NCBI GenBank assembly: GCA_964524195.1 | Contig: CAZGCC010000001.1 | Coordinates: forward strand, 1-48,209 | Reading direction: 5' to 3' | Length of the DNA stretch: 48,209 nucleotides | Source of the DNA: an uncultured bacterium | Lineage (GTDB): Bacteria; Omnitrophota; Omnitrophia; Omnitrophales; Aquincolibacteriaceae | Shown here: positions 34,701 to 40,117 of the stretch, piece by piece | Layout: each line of letters starts with the position of its first letter | How positions within the stretch are numbered: the first letter of the stretch is position 1 | Notes under the pieces: generated by a model | Told to the model about the DNA's origin: nothing | Database searches by the model: none | Seen by the model: the letters and a program-made list of their open reading frames with translations, nothing else | Translations under genes and position numbers: made by a program

Positions 34701-36976
34701 ACCGGAAACTCGGAGATTCCTTTGCGACGGTTGTTTTTCCGGGAGGGGAAATGGATACCAGCGTTACGGAAGCCACTGAAAATGGCAGCAATTTTGTGGT
34801 TCGAAGTCGTTACGAAAGTTTAAAAGAGATCCGCTCCAGGAACCTTCCCGTTCTTTTGGGGCATAACGGGACCACTCGCTTGAGAGTGGATCAGGTGATC
34901 TATAGCCCCGACGAACTGAAGGGGGCGATTAGCAAGGCAGATATTTCCATGGGAGCCCGGCGGTTTGATCTTTCAAATGATGAATTGAAGCAGATCCCGG
35001 TGCGGTCTGGTCCTCTCGCGATCGTGGCCAAAGACAGGGAAACTCAGGAAAAGATCGAGCAAGTCCTGGAGGTCTTTCAGCGGGGTACCGAAGAGCTTTC
35101 GGCGCGGTATGCCCCTTTTATGACCGATCTTTTGCAGGATGTTTTCAGTCCGGTGGCTGAATTTTTCCGTCAGTTCAATCCTGCGTCTCCCGAAACCCCA
35201 AGTATGAACCACCTGACCCAGCGGACGCTAGGGATGCCGGACGGCCGGATCGTCAATCCCTGGAACAAGTTGCACGGTAAGATCGCAACGCGGCTCCTGA
35301 CACTTTCGGCATCCGGCCGCAAAGCGCCTCTTCATGTCGAGGCGTTTATTCCGCCGTTCGTCGATTCCTTCCATCTTGAAAGTTCGAATTATGAAGGTAT
35401 TCTCAGCCAGCTTGTAAATCTTCACAAAGACTTTCCGGAACTGGTCGACCCGGTGATTTTAGAACGCCTTAAAGAAAGCCGTAAACGCGCCGCTTCGAAA
35501 ATTCCAGAAATCCTGATCTTTGAGGACGATTCAGGAAAAAAGGTTTACGCCACCAAAGAGGAAGGATACCGTCGGAAATTACGGGCTCTCGAGGTGGCGG
35601 GACTTGTTACCAAGGACGGCAAATTGGTTTTGCAGCGGCGGAGCAATCAGTCGGCAACAAATCCCGGGCGCTTGGATGTTTCATTTGCGGGACATCGTCA
35701 GCAGCAGGATGTTTCTTCGGAAGCGGCCGCCAAGCGGGAATTTTTAGAAGAGCTTTTGGCTGGCAGTCCGCTTTCCGTTCCTCTGAAGTTCGAAAAACTG
35801 AAAGATCATCGCTACGAGATCCCTCATGAGACACCGGGGAAAGGGCTGTTTCGCCGCAAGCATTCCGAGATCTTTCAGGTCCGTCTGGACGGTGAGTTCC
35901 AGTGGGGCGATTTCAAGCCGGCAGATAATGCCGTCGAAGTGGTTCCCATCGATCCTGGCGAGATCCCGCAGCTTTTAGCCGAGAAATCCGGCCAGTTCAC
36001 CCCACGCGCTTTTTCGCTACTTAAGGAAGTTTATCAGCAGCCGGATCTTGGTTTGGCGGGAATCCCTGCTAATCCTTCTTCTGTTCCTCCGCGCTCCGAA
36101 GTGAGAAACCCCAAAGAGGAAATCGGCCCGACAGAGGAGCTCTCTGATCTTGAAGAAATGAAAATCTTCCTACCCGAGACATCCGAAGCGATCCGTGTTC
36201 TGACGGCTATCCTTGTTGCTGAAAGGATCCTTGCCATTCGCGATGTTGGCTTTCTTTCCAGGCTGGAAGCTTCGCTCGAAGATACCGGCGCGATCTCTGA
36301 ACGCGTTGCGCCTGCTCTTGCGGCGCTATCCGGCGCCCATGATGTTTCATCAGAAACATTAAAAACGCGATTGGAGTTGCTGCTTCGCCAGAAACAAAGC
36401 CAAACCGCTACGGATGAGCGCATTGTTTTTCTGGATGCCGGGACAGTCCCTGCGGAATATTTCAAGAAGCTTTTGAGGTCTCAAGTTCCCGTAGTGGTCT
36501 TGTTCGATCGTCACCACCAAGCGCTTTATGAGCAGGCCGCCAAAGAACAATTGCGTGCCCAGGCGGGGAGCCATGTCATTTTAGTTTATACGCCGGATGG
36601 GGTGAGCTCTTTTGTCAAACGGGCGCTCCAGTCAGGCGATGCGCTTCTTACCGCTTCTCCGCGTCTGAACGCTGTTTTGACCCGCTTTCGAAGTCACGGG
36701 AAGGCGGATGACATTGCCCTTATCACGAGAGGGCGCGCTGAAAGCCAGAAGGTCGAATCCGATTATGTTGGCCACCGCTATTATTACGATGACGAAACAC
36801 TTCGGCTTGACCCGGAATTGATCTTTTACTCCTTGCAGCTTCTCCTGCGCAGCCCGGAGCTTTTCCGTTACGGGAAGGGACGGAATGCTCAGGATGCGGT
36901 CTCCCTGATAGGGCTGGTGCTCCAGCAGCTTGCAGCTTCCTTGAGAGGGGAGCAGGCAGCCAAAGTCGCAGCGTAA
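25796..36976 (+). CDS. Giant multi-module envelope protein (about 3,726 aa), function unknown
   Basis: One uninterrupted frame. ATG 25796 is preceded by AGGGTGAGGG, and GTG 25787 is an alternative start. It contains recognisable OMF-like, MFP-like, polytopic-membrane and Nudix-like segments (see the sub-features and findings). Confidence 0.85.
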   Translation: MRIKPGLCLARSFQKIFLRGVALATLKCFVVTSLALGISPEAIAASWSSPLALVSSLPFSGIPKEMGKLDGVFAPPVANRSVFFLHIKDAHASMEAQRNINRILTRLQQRKQLDLVLIEGAAGPLTPGRLDVFDDAKRNDAYKKDLLSAGLLNGAAYFAAGQKNGLAHGLEDSAAYFENLKIFRQIAASRVLNEKFFNAIEVALFNRSKNILKMEVFAFLKEWKRHHQNTLSWDRYLSFLIRSAAKFLALDLRDYRTQVLWPHLVRYHRLEIFSEQIRSDAVQKEYRKLVQRLEKVREPALEETLALLSATVESPAALIRETPDFRKYVEVLVEACSRERILLQQFPNLVRYLAFRIFRSEIEPEELLLEVGRLEDALFEKLFKEEKSRNFIAAYRDFFLLKRAFALELDRAESKRFEIMDVSKRVRLLSKIAPGHDLQIENLIRGADLVKRFYKAAQKRDGAFAEQLRKALEGAQVFPDRPFFIVLVTGGYHAESLENWLRTEKLPFASIQPLFKDEPNKERYENLLRGDYSDFDALATPQGSILPDAIAEKLMGKEALTAFRGAEARLAARQTLGSGTSGDRPFRRPDENVSILQDSVRSESGKSTSGRDLTIDKFKEIAEKWLRLFKIEQMSPEEILLGEKELSVKLSFASGAEGSNELDASHQALEMIQEEAEAFFSGYYGQIHSSSLEPNKGTKDLSWVQLTLHRRSETRALVKGLARLLIAFALAGTISGCSTLSHEALKEQIRQAEQYTLPQRTVAVPASVRVNEKNLLEAILLNDPQVRQAGLRIAIRETEKGRLKGSFSLETHFSLVDGKPVFSGGVRGRAPYLGEVGLLGLGAGSVASLALELTGALGSFISGEPLLANDLAQKLIEAAQLHHQDVIGERYLEYARIALEVKTLQDQQALAEATVAALKHSLQISLQKRESSEQDRARIETLLDEWKMRSNDLGAAFREKSSRLLDLYIPEAAGESRWGVDFSYAAMPRNWKVTPAMTQDLVNRATQRTGSQLPLNRELAAAYKAREASIVTMLLSKARDRFSLSIGGLFHADDLGTPPSMDDDAKGDFDTNADKIVDRRTEDKNSVRTGFRKTFGGESAADVQMASHEVEMNDSLLQEVDRRVRLEIAELLSRIEQKNKEIGILEQAVSRDRALLEKARKISFGGQTLYLEDRLFPQIDAIGKNGIALLKAQQELTVAIKRLEVLSGTLGGFSWGQAKRSEVRSAAFSSAAQLLLFKGFESAALAVRSASDSRRSEFSLERDLDKAWSHLIKLRAGFESEFSGEKGALHSQHVFGKANDRLRWDIDNGVCLTEEEHRRLAHGGQTDRAKFWDWAIRRMSPETLEHLRDAMYEPEKPVDRRILLAQFRKEIEAQKRRLKESGTVELLTKGGRSEIRGSFSAKQNGPKGSFPWRSMFVKAVIALFLVIGSLLPSSALAGQAEPAMHATRMVRSGASGFGAAASSLVVAGSQEAGKNSFDVFVEETLRKIPNDSDRPYLKGYAQGLRDILDITTPEGLEQAKSSFAERADIFMPVPRWSDPELLQQVSRRLEGLLRKIPKEKRPEVIREIENANIGDEIPVTVIKSIRRHHHKSSFPVFKKTEAQESIRVTRELKETVETRQMIEDRISSQRAQIVSGRAPALSGSGVDTVPQWKPGEVVMPPTEWPDSPEVTELDGALAEFDGFVMQLLYKIPDAARRTQLVQYAEGLKAMIVNPSSLEHAKMQFSKKVALDGISEGLGAIAAGGPLAAGAALVEAPVVAAPEQIIIQPTISGAETVPPANISPVMAILLPEGRSGAQAESSSTALEILRDFADAAPPAAAKSQETLADDEAMLPEASEEISVSLEPPSIPGPAPVIDSAVSRTQKISEPERTSTQTGPVLPAVSHGPQGVIYESERPAKSTPVFWDMQAPFPGKTQHLVREGDVVRPGDVQAEIQDPEQRHEIQGLKAAIAGIDRQIQGKGSVLGLDENIRLRFEREELARRLRQLEYQESLSVIKAGRPGRIVEIRRGDINAGGMVVRAVALDAGEVSYWVPREYSDFDYPELGLTNGTPLRVVGYRIDDIDLNSSQILLTVAFVGKDEIPADARYKLTLVKNPSQVTAQSEEASGHFFHARVPSRETAAISVEKADNIPGARARPSVPEGSFVSAGQGVGMADALDYLQSQRDPAKKLVGHADELARVNQQEIQLLPDDEVRQIQKDARLQLADLEGTSPQLILKAPISGIATGLSDLEGEVVIPGKVTRAKVTSTRVFLGSERAYEGNLELNDDYLISVPQESVREGDPVLVSTPARRPLVGKVIKIVPLANRSVWLKGQEALIIEVNDPEMYLGDRMPVRLDFDPQVIAAAKDAAANPDGNAPVLADFKDDLPAPAAYAVLQSPEDELSLGKIWRLTRHEGNSLQKVGMWRYFLGTAVGWAFLGKLVWAGSGKILISLAAGLAALTLWNTFSNLWRRFFPKEIEDESKDLGSDIRRLARSLEMDSASLFGKEEEAEEILHDIIAALHSWNQLLQEESLTSADLSTMMTKAQELAGNKRLMYSKKHSQNMGYFKEDAADDFVRIHEIIARLAILSAAKASFELKVRPSRGAGLVEEEKLLDFQEKMEYFAEGLNNASQVGYKLSAIANPTDHYPPKVMRNGRALTLSHLFQWIHNRWIFYTFPALRFLNFYAVAVFFHKGGRHVPFLWGAADYYHHYYNAMKKAGVDLASTPSDFEKGFKDAFYKEVDIEHWLPSKKLHYYGRYYALVGWVIFAILPWFLSPLLLYLSGVGLIVGTSILMIWKTVPLFYTFFRYMLPVVMGSESKHYRSNLKDIVRLRRERLRKQAGLLSGKKESPLPPRGLPSSASASQVTEPGTIALKAMQQALLQAAENAEVEIIAVLPPRNGNNDRDIDLFEKRVRHDEALARLGIRTVESDGKIAGEAGLFFAARSISDENKPYKIYWYPKGFPSEGVRLASALAVFKFNLAEALRMIDAYRKLGDSFATVVFPGGEMDTSVTEATENGSNFVVRSRYESLKEIRSRNLPVLLGHNGTTRLRVDQVIYSPDELKGAISKADISMGARRFDLSNDELKQIPVRSGPLAIVAKDRETQEKIEQVLEVFQRGTEELSARYAPFMTDLLQDVFSPVAEFFRQFNPASPETPSMNHLTQRTLGMPDGRIVNPWNKLHGKIATRLLTLSASGRKAPLHVEAFIPPFVDSFHLESSNYEGILSQLVNLHKDFPELVDPVILERLKESRKRAASKIPEILIFEDDSGKKVYATKEEGYRRKLRALEVAGLVTKDGKLVLQRRSNQSATNPGRLDVSFAGHRQQQDVSSEAAAKREFLEELLAGSPLSVPLKFEKLKDHRYEIPHETPGKGLFRRKHSEIFQVRLDGEFQWGDFKPADNAVEVVPIDPGEIPQLLAEKSGQFTPRAFSLLKEVYQQPDLGLAGIPANPSSVPPRSEVRNPKEEIGPTEELSDLEEMKIFLPETSEAIRVLTAILVAERILAIRDVGFLSRLEASLEDTGAISERVAPALAALSGAHDVSSETLKTRLELLLRQKQSQTATDERIVFLDAGTVPAEYFKKLLRSQVPVVVLFDRHHQALYEQAAKEQLRAQAGSHVILVYTPDGVSSFVKRALQSGDALLTASPRLNAVLTRFRSHGKADDIALITRGRAESQKVESDYVGHRYYYDDETLRLDPELIFYSLQLLLRSPELFRYGKGRNAQDAVSLIGLVLQQLAASLRGEQAAKVAA
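27941..29430 (+). other. Internal module: lipoprotein-type signal (lipobox LAGTISG-C, Cys codon 28004-28006) plus a TolC/NodT-like outer-membrane-factor region
   Basis: ALVKGLARLLIAFALAGTISGCS. About 475 aa follow, with two OMF-like half repeats (LLEAILLNDPQVRQAGLRIA...GSFSLETHFSL and NRELAAAYKAREAS...RFSLSIGGLF) and long helical stretches ending in ...AIKRLEVLSG. Confidence 0.55.
31500..32815 (+). other. Internal module: two tandem HlyD/membrane-fusion-protein-like units
   Basis: Unit 1: HLVREGDVVRPGDVQAEIQD, then coiled coil, then VIKAGRPGRIVEI..GD...GG.VV. Unit 2: VPEGSFVSAGQGVG, then coiled coil, then ILKAPISGIATG, VREGDPVLVS and GDRMPVRLDF. Confidence 0.55.
33002..34180 (+). other. Internal module: polytopic membrane block (about 6 hydrophobic helices) with Tyr/His-rich loops
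   Basis: WRYFLGTAVGWAFLGKLVWAGSGKILISLAAGLAALTLW, IFYTFPALRFLNFYAVAVFF and YYALVGWVIFAILPWFLSPLLLYLSGVGLIVGTSILMIWKTVPLFYTFFRYMLPVVMG. The loops carry ADYYHHYYN and LHYYGRYY. Confidence 0.6.
35590..35985 (+). other. Internal module: degenerate Nudix-fold domain
   Basis: VAGLVTKDGKLVLQRRSNQSATNPGRLDVSFAGHRQQQDVSSEAAAKREFLEELL follows the pattern KDGK.LLQ.RS..K...PG..D.S.GGH...GE....AA.RE..EE.G. The REFLEE core is kept, while the Gx5E spacing and the final Gly are altered. Confidence 0.5.
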
Positions 36977-36988
36977 AGGAAAGATGCT

Positions 36989-37165
36989 ATGAAGAACACG
37001 AAGCCGGACTTCACTGAAACCCCTTATGTTTTTCGCGAAGGGAGAGAAAACAAAGATCAGCTGCCTGAATTGTTCGATGATTTTTCCGGCGGCCATCTCG
37101 CTCGATATTTTAACTCAAAGGCCCTGTTCTTGAAGCCCGTGAACCAAAAAAAAGAGAGGGATTAA
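36989..37165 (+). CDS. 58-aa hypothetical protein, coupled to the giant ORF (below the ORF-track cutoff)
   Basis: AAGGAAAG lies 5 nt before ATG 36989, which is 12 nt after the giant ORF's stop. Translation: MKNTKPDFTETPYVFREGRENKDQLPELFDDFSGGHLARYFNSKALFLKPVNQKKERD*. The TAA abuts the next ATG. Confidence 0.4.
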   Translation: MKNTKPDFTETPYVFREGRENKDQLPELFDDFSGGHLARYFNSKALFLKPVNQKKERD

Positions 37166-37396
37166 ATGACTGCTCAGGAGACAAACGAAATATTGATCAC
37201 CAGATTAAGACATCAGCGCGACCTTTTGCGTGAGCTTGTCGACGAGCTGGAAGCGAAGAGTATTCTCGCGGTCGAGCACTATGCCTATTGTGAAAGCTGC
37301 ACAGACGAAGTTAGCAAAGAGCTGAAAGAAATCAGGCGCTTCGTCCTAGACAAAATGATCCAGGGAGCCCCTTGGTTTCAAACGGTATCGATTTAG
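37166..37396 (+). CDS. 76-aa hypothetical helical protein
   Basis: The ATG directly follows the previous TAA (TAAATG), with GAGAGGG upstream. Coiled-coil-like sequence with a CESC pair. No family recognised. Confidence 0.5.
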   Translation: MTAQETNEILITRLRHQRDLLRELVDELEAKSILAVEHYAYCESCTDEVSKELKEIRRFVLDKMIQGAPWFQTVSI

Positions 37397-37474
37397 AAAT
37401 CCGGCTCTGATCCGAGGGATTGTTCCTTAGCATCTTATTGCTCAAGCCTGCAAAGATTCGCAGACAGGACAGAC

Positions 37475-37517
37475 TTTACAAATGCTTTACATGAGACCCC
37501 TCCGCAGGCGTTATAAT
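37475..37517 (+). promoter_or_regulatory. Pho-box-like repeat pair plus a consensus -10 upstream of the ROK-ppx-ppk1 operon
   Basis: TTTACAaatgcTTTACA with hexamer starts at 37475 and 37486. TATAAT at 37512 is 26 nt from the second hexamer start. No -35 match. Confidence 0.6.
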
Positions 37518-37547
37518 AAAAGCGTTATCTTGGAGAGCGGAGGGTTT

Positions 37548-38534
37548 ATGGCGAATAAAAAGAAGAAGTATATTTTGGGGATCGATCTAGGCGGGACCAA
37601 GGTTCTGATCGGGTTGCTCGATAAGAAGTTCAGGATCAGGAAAAGGGTCAAGCTGGAAATGGATGGCAACCGCGGGGAAAGGTTTTTCTTCAACAATCTT
37701 CTTGAGGGGATCGAGGAAGTGCTGGAGGAGACAGGGACCGGACTTAATAATATCTCCATGGCCGGCATCGGTTGTCCCGGCATTATCGATATCTACCGGG
37801 GGGTGGTTAAGGTTTCTTCCAATGTCTCTTTTTTCAAGAATTATCCTCTGGTTAAAAAGCTGAAAGCAAAATTAGGCATCCCTGTCTTTCTTGAAAACGA
37901 CGCGAATGCGGCGCTTTATGGCGAGCAGCAGTTCGGAGCCGCGCGAGGTTTCCGGCAGGTTGTGGGGGTTTTTCTTGGGACCGGGGTCGGAGGATCTCTC
38001 ATCCTGAACGGGCATCTTTACAGGGGCATCTCCGGAGGCGCTGGAGAGATCGGGCAAATGCTGGTGTCGATGCCGTCTTTTTCAAATTTCGAAGTTTCGC
38101 GCCAAAAAGTAGGCGCGCTTATAGGACGCAATGCCATCGCCTCCGAAGCCGGTTTTCTTTTGCTCAGGCAGAAATGCCCGCATCTCCTCGAAGAGATTGG
38201 ATACAATGTCAAAAAGATCCGCAGCGGAGCTCTCTCTCGCGCGATCAAGGCCGGCGATACTGCTCTCGAAAATCTGATTCGGAGCCGCGCCCGGTGGCTG
38301 GGGATCGCGCTGGCGAATGTAGTGAATGTCCTGAATCCGGAGCTGGTCGTTCTGGGGGGCGGGATGATGGAAGCCATGGGGAAGATCATTCTTCCTGAGG
38401 TTCGAAACACCATGGAGCTTTACACTCTGAAGCCGCTCATGCGCGATGTCCGGGTTGCAGCGTCCGCTCTTAAAGACGATGCGGTGATCATGGGCGCGGC
38501 AAAGCTGGTTTATGACCTTGCAAAGAGGTCTTGA
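37548..38534 (+). CDS. ROK-family sugar kinase (glucokinase-like) lacking the ROK zinc motif
   Basis: ILGIDLGGTKV, GIGCPG, ENDANAAL.GE and GGAGEIGQ. GGAGAGCGGAGGG Shine-Dalgarno before ATG 37548. Confidence 0.8.
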   Translation: MANKKKKYILGIDLGGTKVLIGLLDKKFRIRKRVKLEMDGNRGERFFFNNLLEGIEEVLEETGTGLNNISMAGIGCPGIIDIYRGVVKVSSNVSFFKNYPLVKKLKAKLGIPVFLENDANAALYGEQQFGAARGFRQVVGVFLGTGVGGSLILNGHLYRGISGGAGEIGQMLVSMPSFSNFEVSRQKVGALIGRNAIASEAGFLLLRQKCPHLLEEIGYNVKKIRSGALSRAIKAGDTALENLIRSRARWLGIALANVVNVLNPELVVLGGGMMEAMGKIILPEVRNTMELYTLKPLMRDVRVAASALKDDAVIMGAAKLVYDLAKRS

Positions 38535-38536
38535 AA

Positions 38537-40111
38537 ATGGAAAGAACGACGGCTGAAAAAGAAGCGCAAAAGCAGGTTGTTGCGGTGATCGATATCGGGA
38601 CGATCGCGATCCGGATGGTGATCGCGGAGGTCGGCACGAAGAACGAGATCCGGTATCTGGAGCAATTGCAAAAACCGGTCCGCTTCGGCAAAGATGTTTT
38701 TAAAACAGGGAGGCTAAGCAGCGCCTCGATGCGGCAGGGCGTCAATATCCTCCGGGATTTTAAGGTCGTCATTGATGCGTACGGGATCAAAAAGATCCAG
38801 GCGATCGCCACGAGCGCTGTTCGCGAAGCCCAGAACCGGGACAATTTCATCGATCAAATCTATGTGCGCGCGGGGATTGATGTGGAGATCCTCGACGGCC
38901 CCGAAGAGAACCGGCTGGAACTGATCGCCGTGGAACATGCTCTGGAAGGGAAAGTGGACCTTGAAAAAAGAAACTGTCTGATCGTGGAGGTCGGGTCGGG
39001 CAGCACGGAAATGATCCTTATGGACCAGGGACAGGTCAGCGTGACGCGGACCCTGCCGATAGGGTCTGTCCGGCTTCCCGAACAAGGAGCGGGCGGAAAA
39101 GAGGGGCCTGGGTTCATCCAGCGCGTTCTGAAGAAAAGCATTCGCGATATCGCCCAGAATATAGCCCGCGAAGTTCGAATGGAGCAGATCAGCACTTTCG
39201 TAGCCCTGGGGGGGGATATGAGGTTCGTCTCGCAGCAGCTTCTTCCGGAGACCCAGGACCGGTTCACCATTCTGGGAAAGAAGGAATTCTTGAATTTTGT
39301 GGGGCGCGTCGGGAAAATGACCCCTGAAGAGATCGCGGCGGAGTATTCTCTGGATTACGGCCACGCGGAATCTCTTTATCCGGCGCTTCTCTTTTACTCG
39401 AATTTCCTCAATGAGACCAAGGCTGAAGAGATCATTATCCCGAAACTGAGCATCCGGGATGGTCTCTTGCTTGAGATCGCGCAGCTTGTGTCCGGCTACA
39501 AGCGGACGGATGTTTCCAGGCAGGTCCTCAATTCCGCCCATCATCTCGGGGCGAAATATATGTATGACAAGGGACACGCGGCATGCGTTGCTTCTCTGTC
39601 GCTCAAGCTTTATGATCTGCTCGCCAAGGACCATGGCATGGGATCCCGCGAGCGCCTTTTGCTCGAAGTTTCCGGGATCGTGCACGATATCGGGACCTAT
39701 ATCTCGACCTCCGGACATCACAAGCATTCTTATTACCTGGTGGACGCTGCCGAGATCTTCGGATTGCGGCGCGCTTCCAAAAATATTGTCGCGAATGTGG
39801 TTCGCTATCACCGCCGCGTACCGCCCCGCGAGACACATGTTCCCTACATGTCGCTTGCGAAATCGGACCGCGCGATCGTCTCAAAACTCGCTTCCATTTT
39901 GCGGGTTGCGGACGCCCTTGACACGGCTCATCAGCAGAAGATCCGGTCCTTTACTTTAGAGCGCTCAGAAGACGCCTACGCGCTTTGGGTGCCCAAAGAG
40001 ATCGGGGATATTTCGCTTGAGCGGGAAAGTCTGCGCCGGAAGGGGGATATGTTCGCGGATGTCTTTGGCGCGCCGATCGAACTCAAGCAGGGCGTGGCGC
40101 CCTCGCTTTAA
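38537..40111 (+). CDS. ppx: Exopolyphosphatase / GppA family with a C-terminal HD domain
   Basis: AVIDIGT.AIRMVIAE, ATSAVREA.N, VEVGSGSTE and the HD region SGIVHDIGTYIS..GHHKHSYYL. The start is coupled to the ROK stop. Confidence 0.9.
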   Translation: MERTTAEKEAQKQVVAVIDIGTIAIRMVIAEVGTKNEIRYLEQLQKPVRFGKDVFKTGRLSSASMRQGVNILRDFKVVIDAYGIKKIQAIATSAVREAQNRDNFIDQIYVRAGIDVEILDGPEENRLELIAVEHALEGKVDLEKRNCLIVEVGSGSTEMILMDQGQVSVTRTLPIGSVRLPEQGAGGKEGPGFIQRVLKKSIRDIAQNIAREVRMEQISTFVALGGDMRFVSQQLLPETQDRFTILGKKEFLNFVGRVGKMTPEEIAAEYSLDYGHAESLYPALLFYSNFLNETKAEEIIIPKLSIRDGLLLEIAQLVSGYKRTDVSRQVLNSAHHLGAKYMYDKGHAACVASLSLKLYDLLAKDHGMGSRERLLLEVSGIVHDIGTYISTSGHHKHSYYLVDAAEIFGLRRASKNIVANVVRYHRRVPPRETHVPYMSLAKSDRAIVSKLASILRVADALDTAHQQKIRSFTLERSEDAYALWVPKEIGDISLERESLRRKGDMFADVFGAPIELKQGVAPSL

Positions 40112-40117
40112 GCGACC

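Noticed and set aside
25834-36574. Dozens of 60-190-aa ORFs in other frames and on the other strand inside the giant ORF
   Set aside because: All are nested in a single 11.2 kb open frame whose translation contains coherent domain-like segments. None has a start context or a recognisable family.
25796-36976. The possibility that the giant ORF is an artefact of stop-codon reassignment or readthrough
   Set aside because: Neighbouring genes terminate normally with TAA, TGA and TAG at the positions expected from homology, so the standard code applies. Assembly errors cannot be excluded from sequence alone and are listed as a check.
38714-39838. 374-aa minus-strand ORF opposite ppx
   Set aside because: It lies entirely within the Ppx/GppA gene, which has clear actin-like ATPase and HD motifs. 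It is an antisense artefact.
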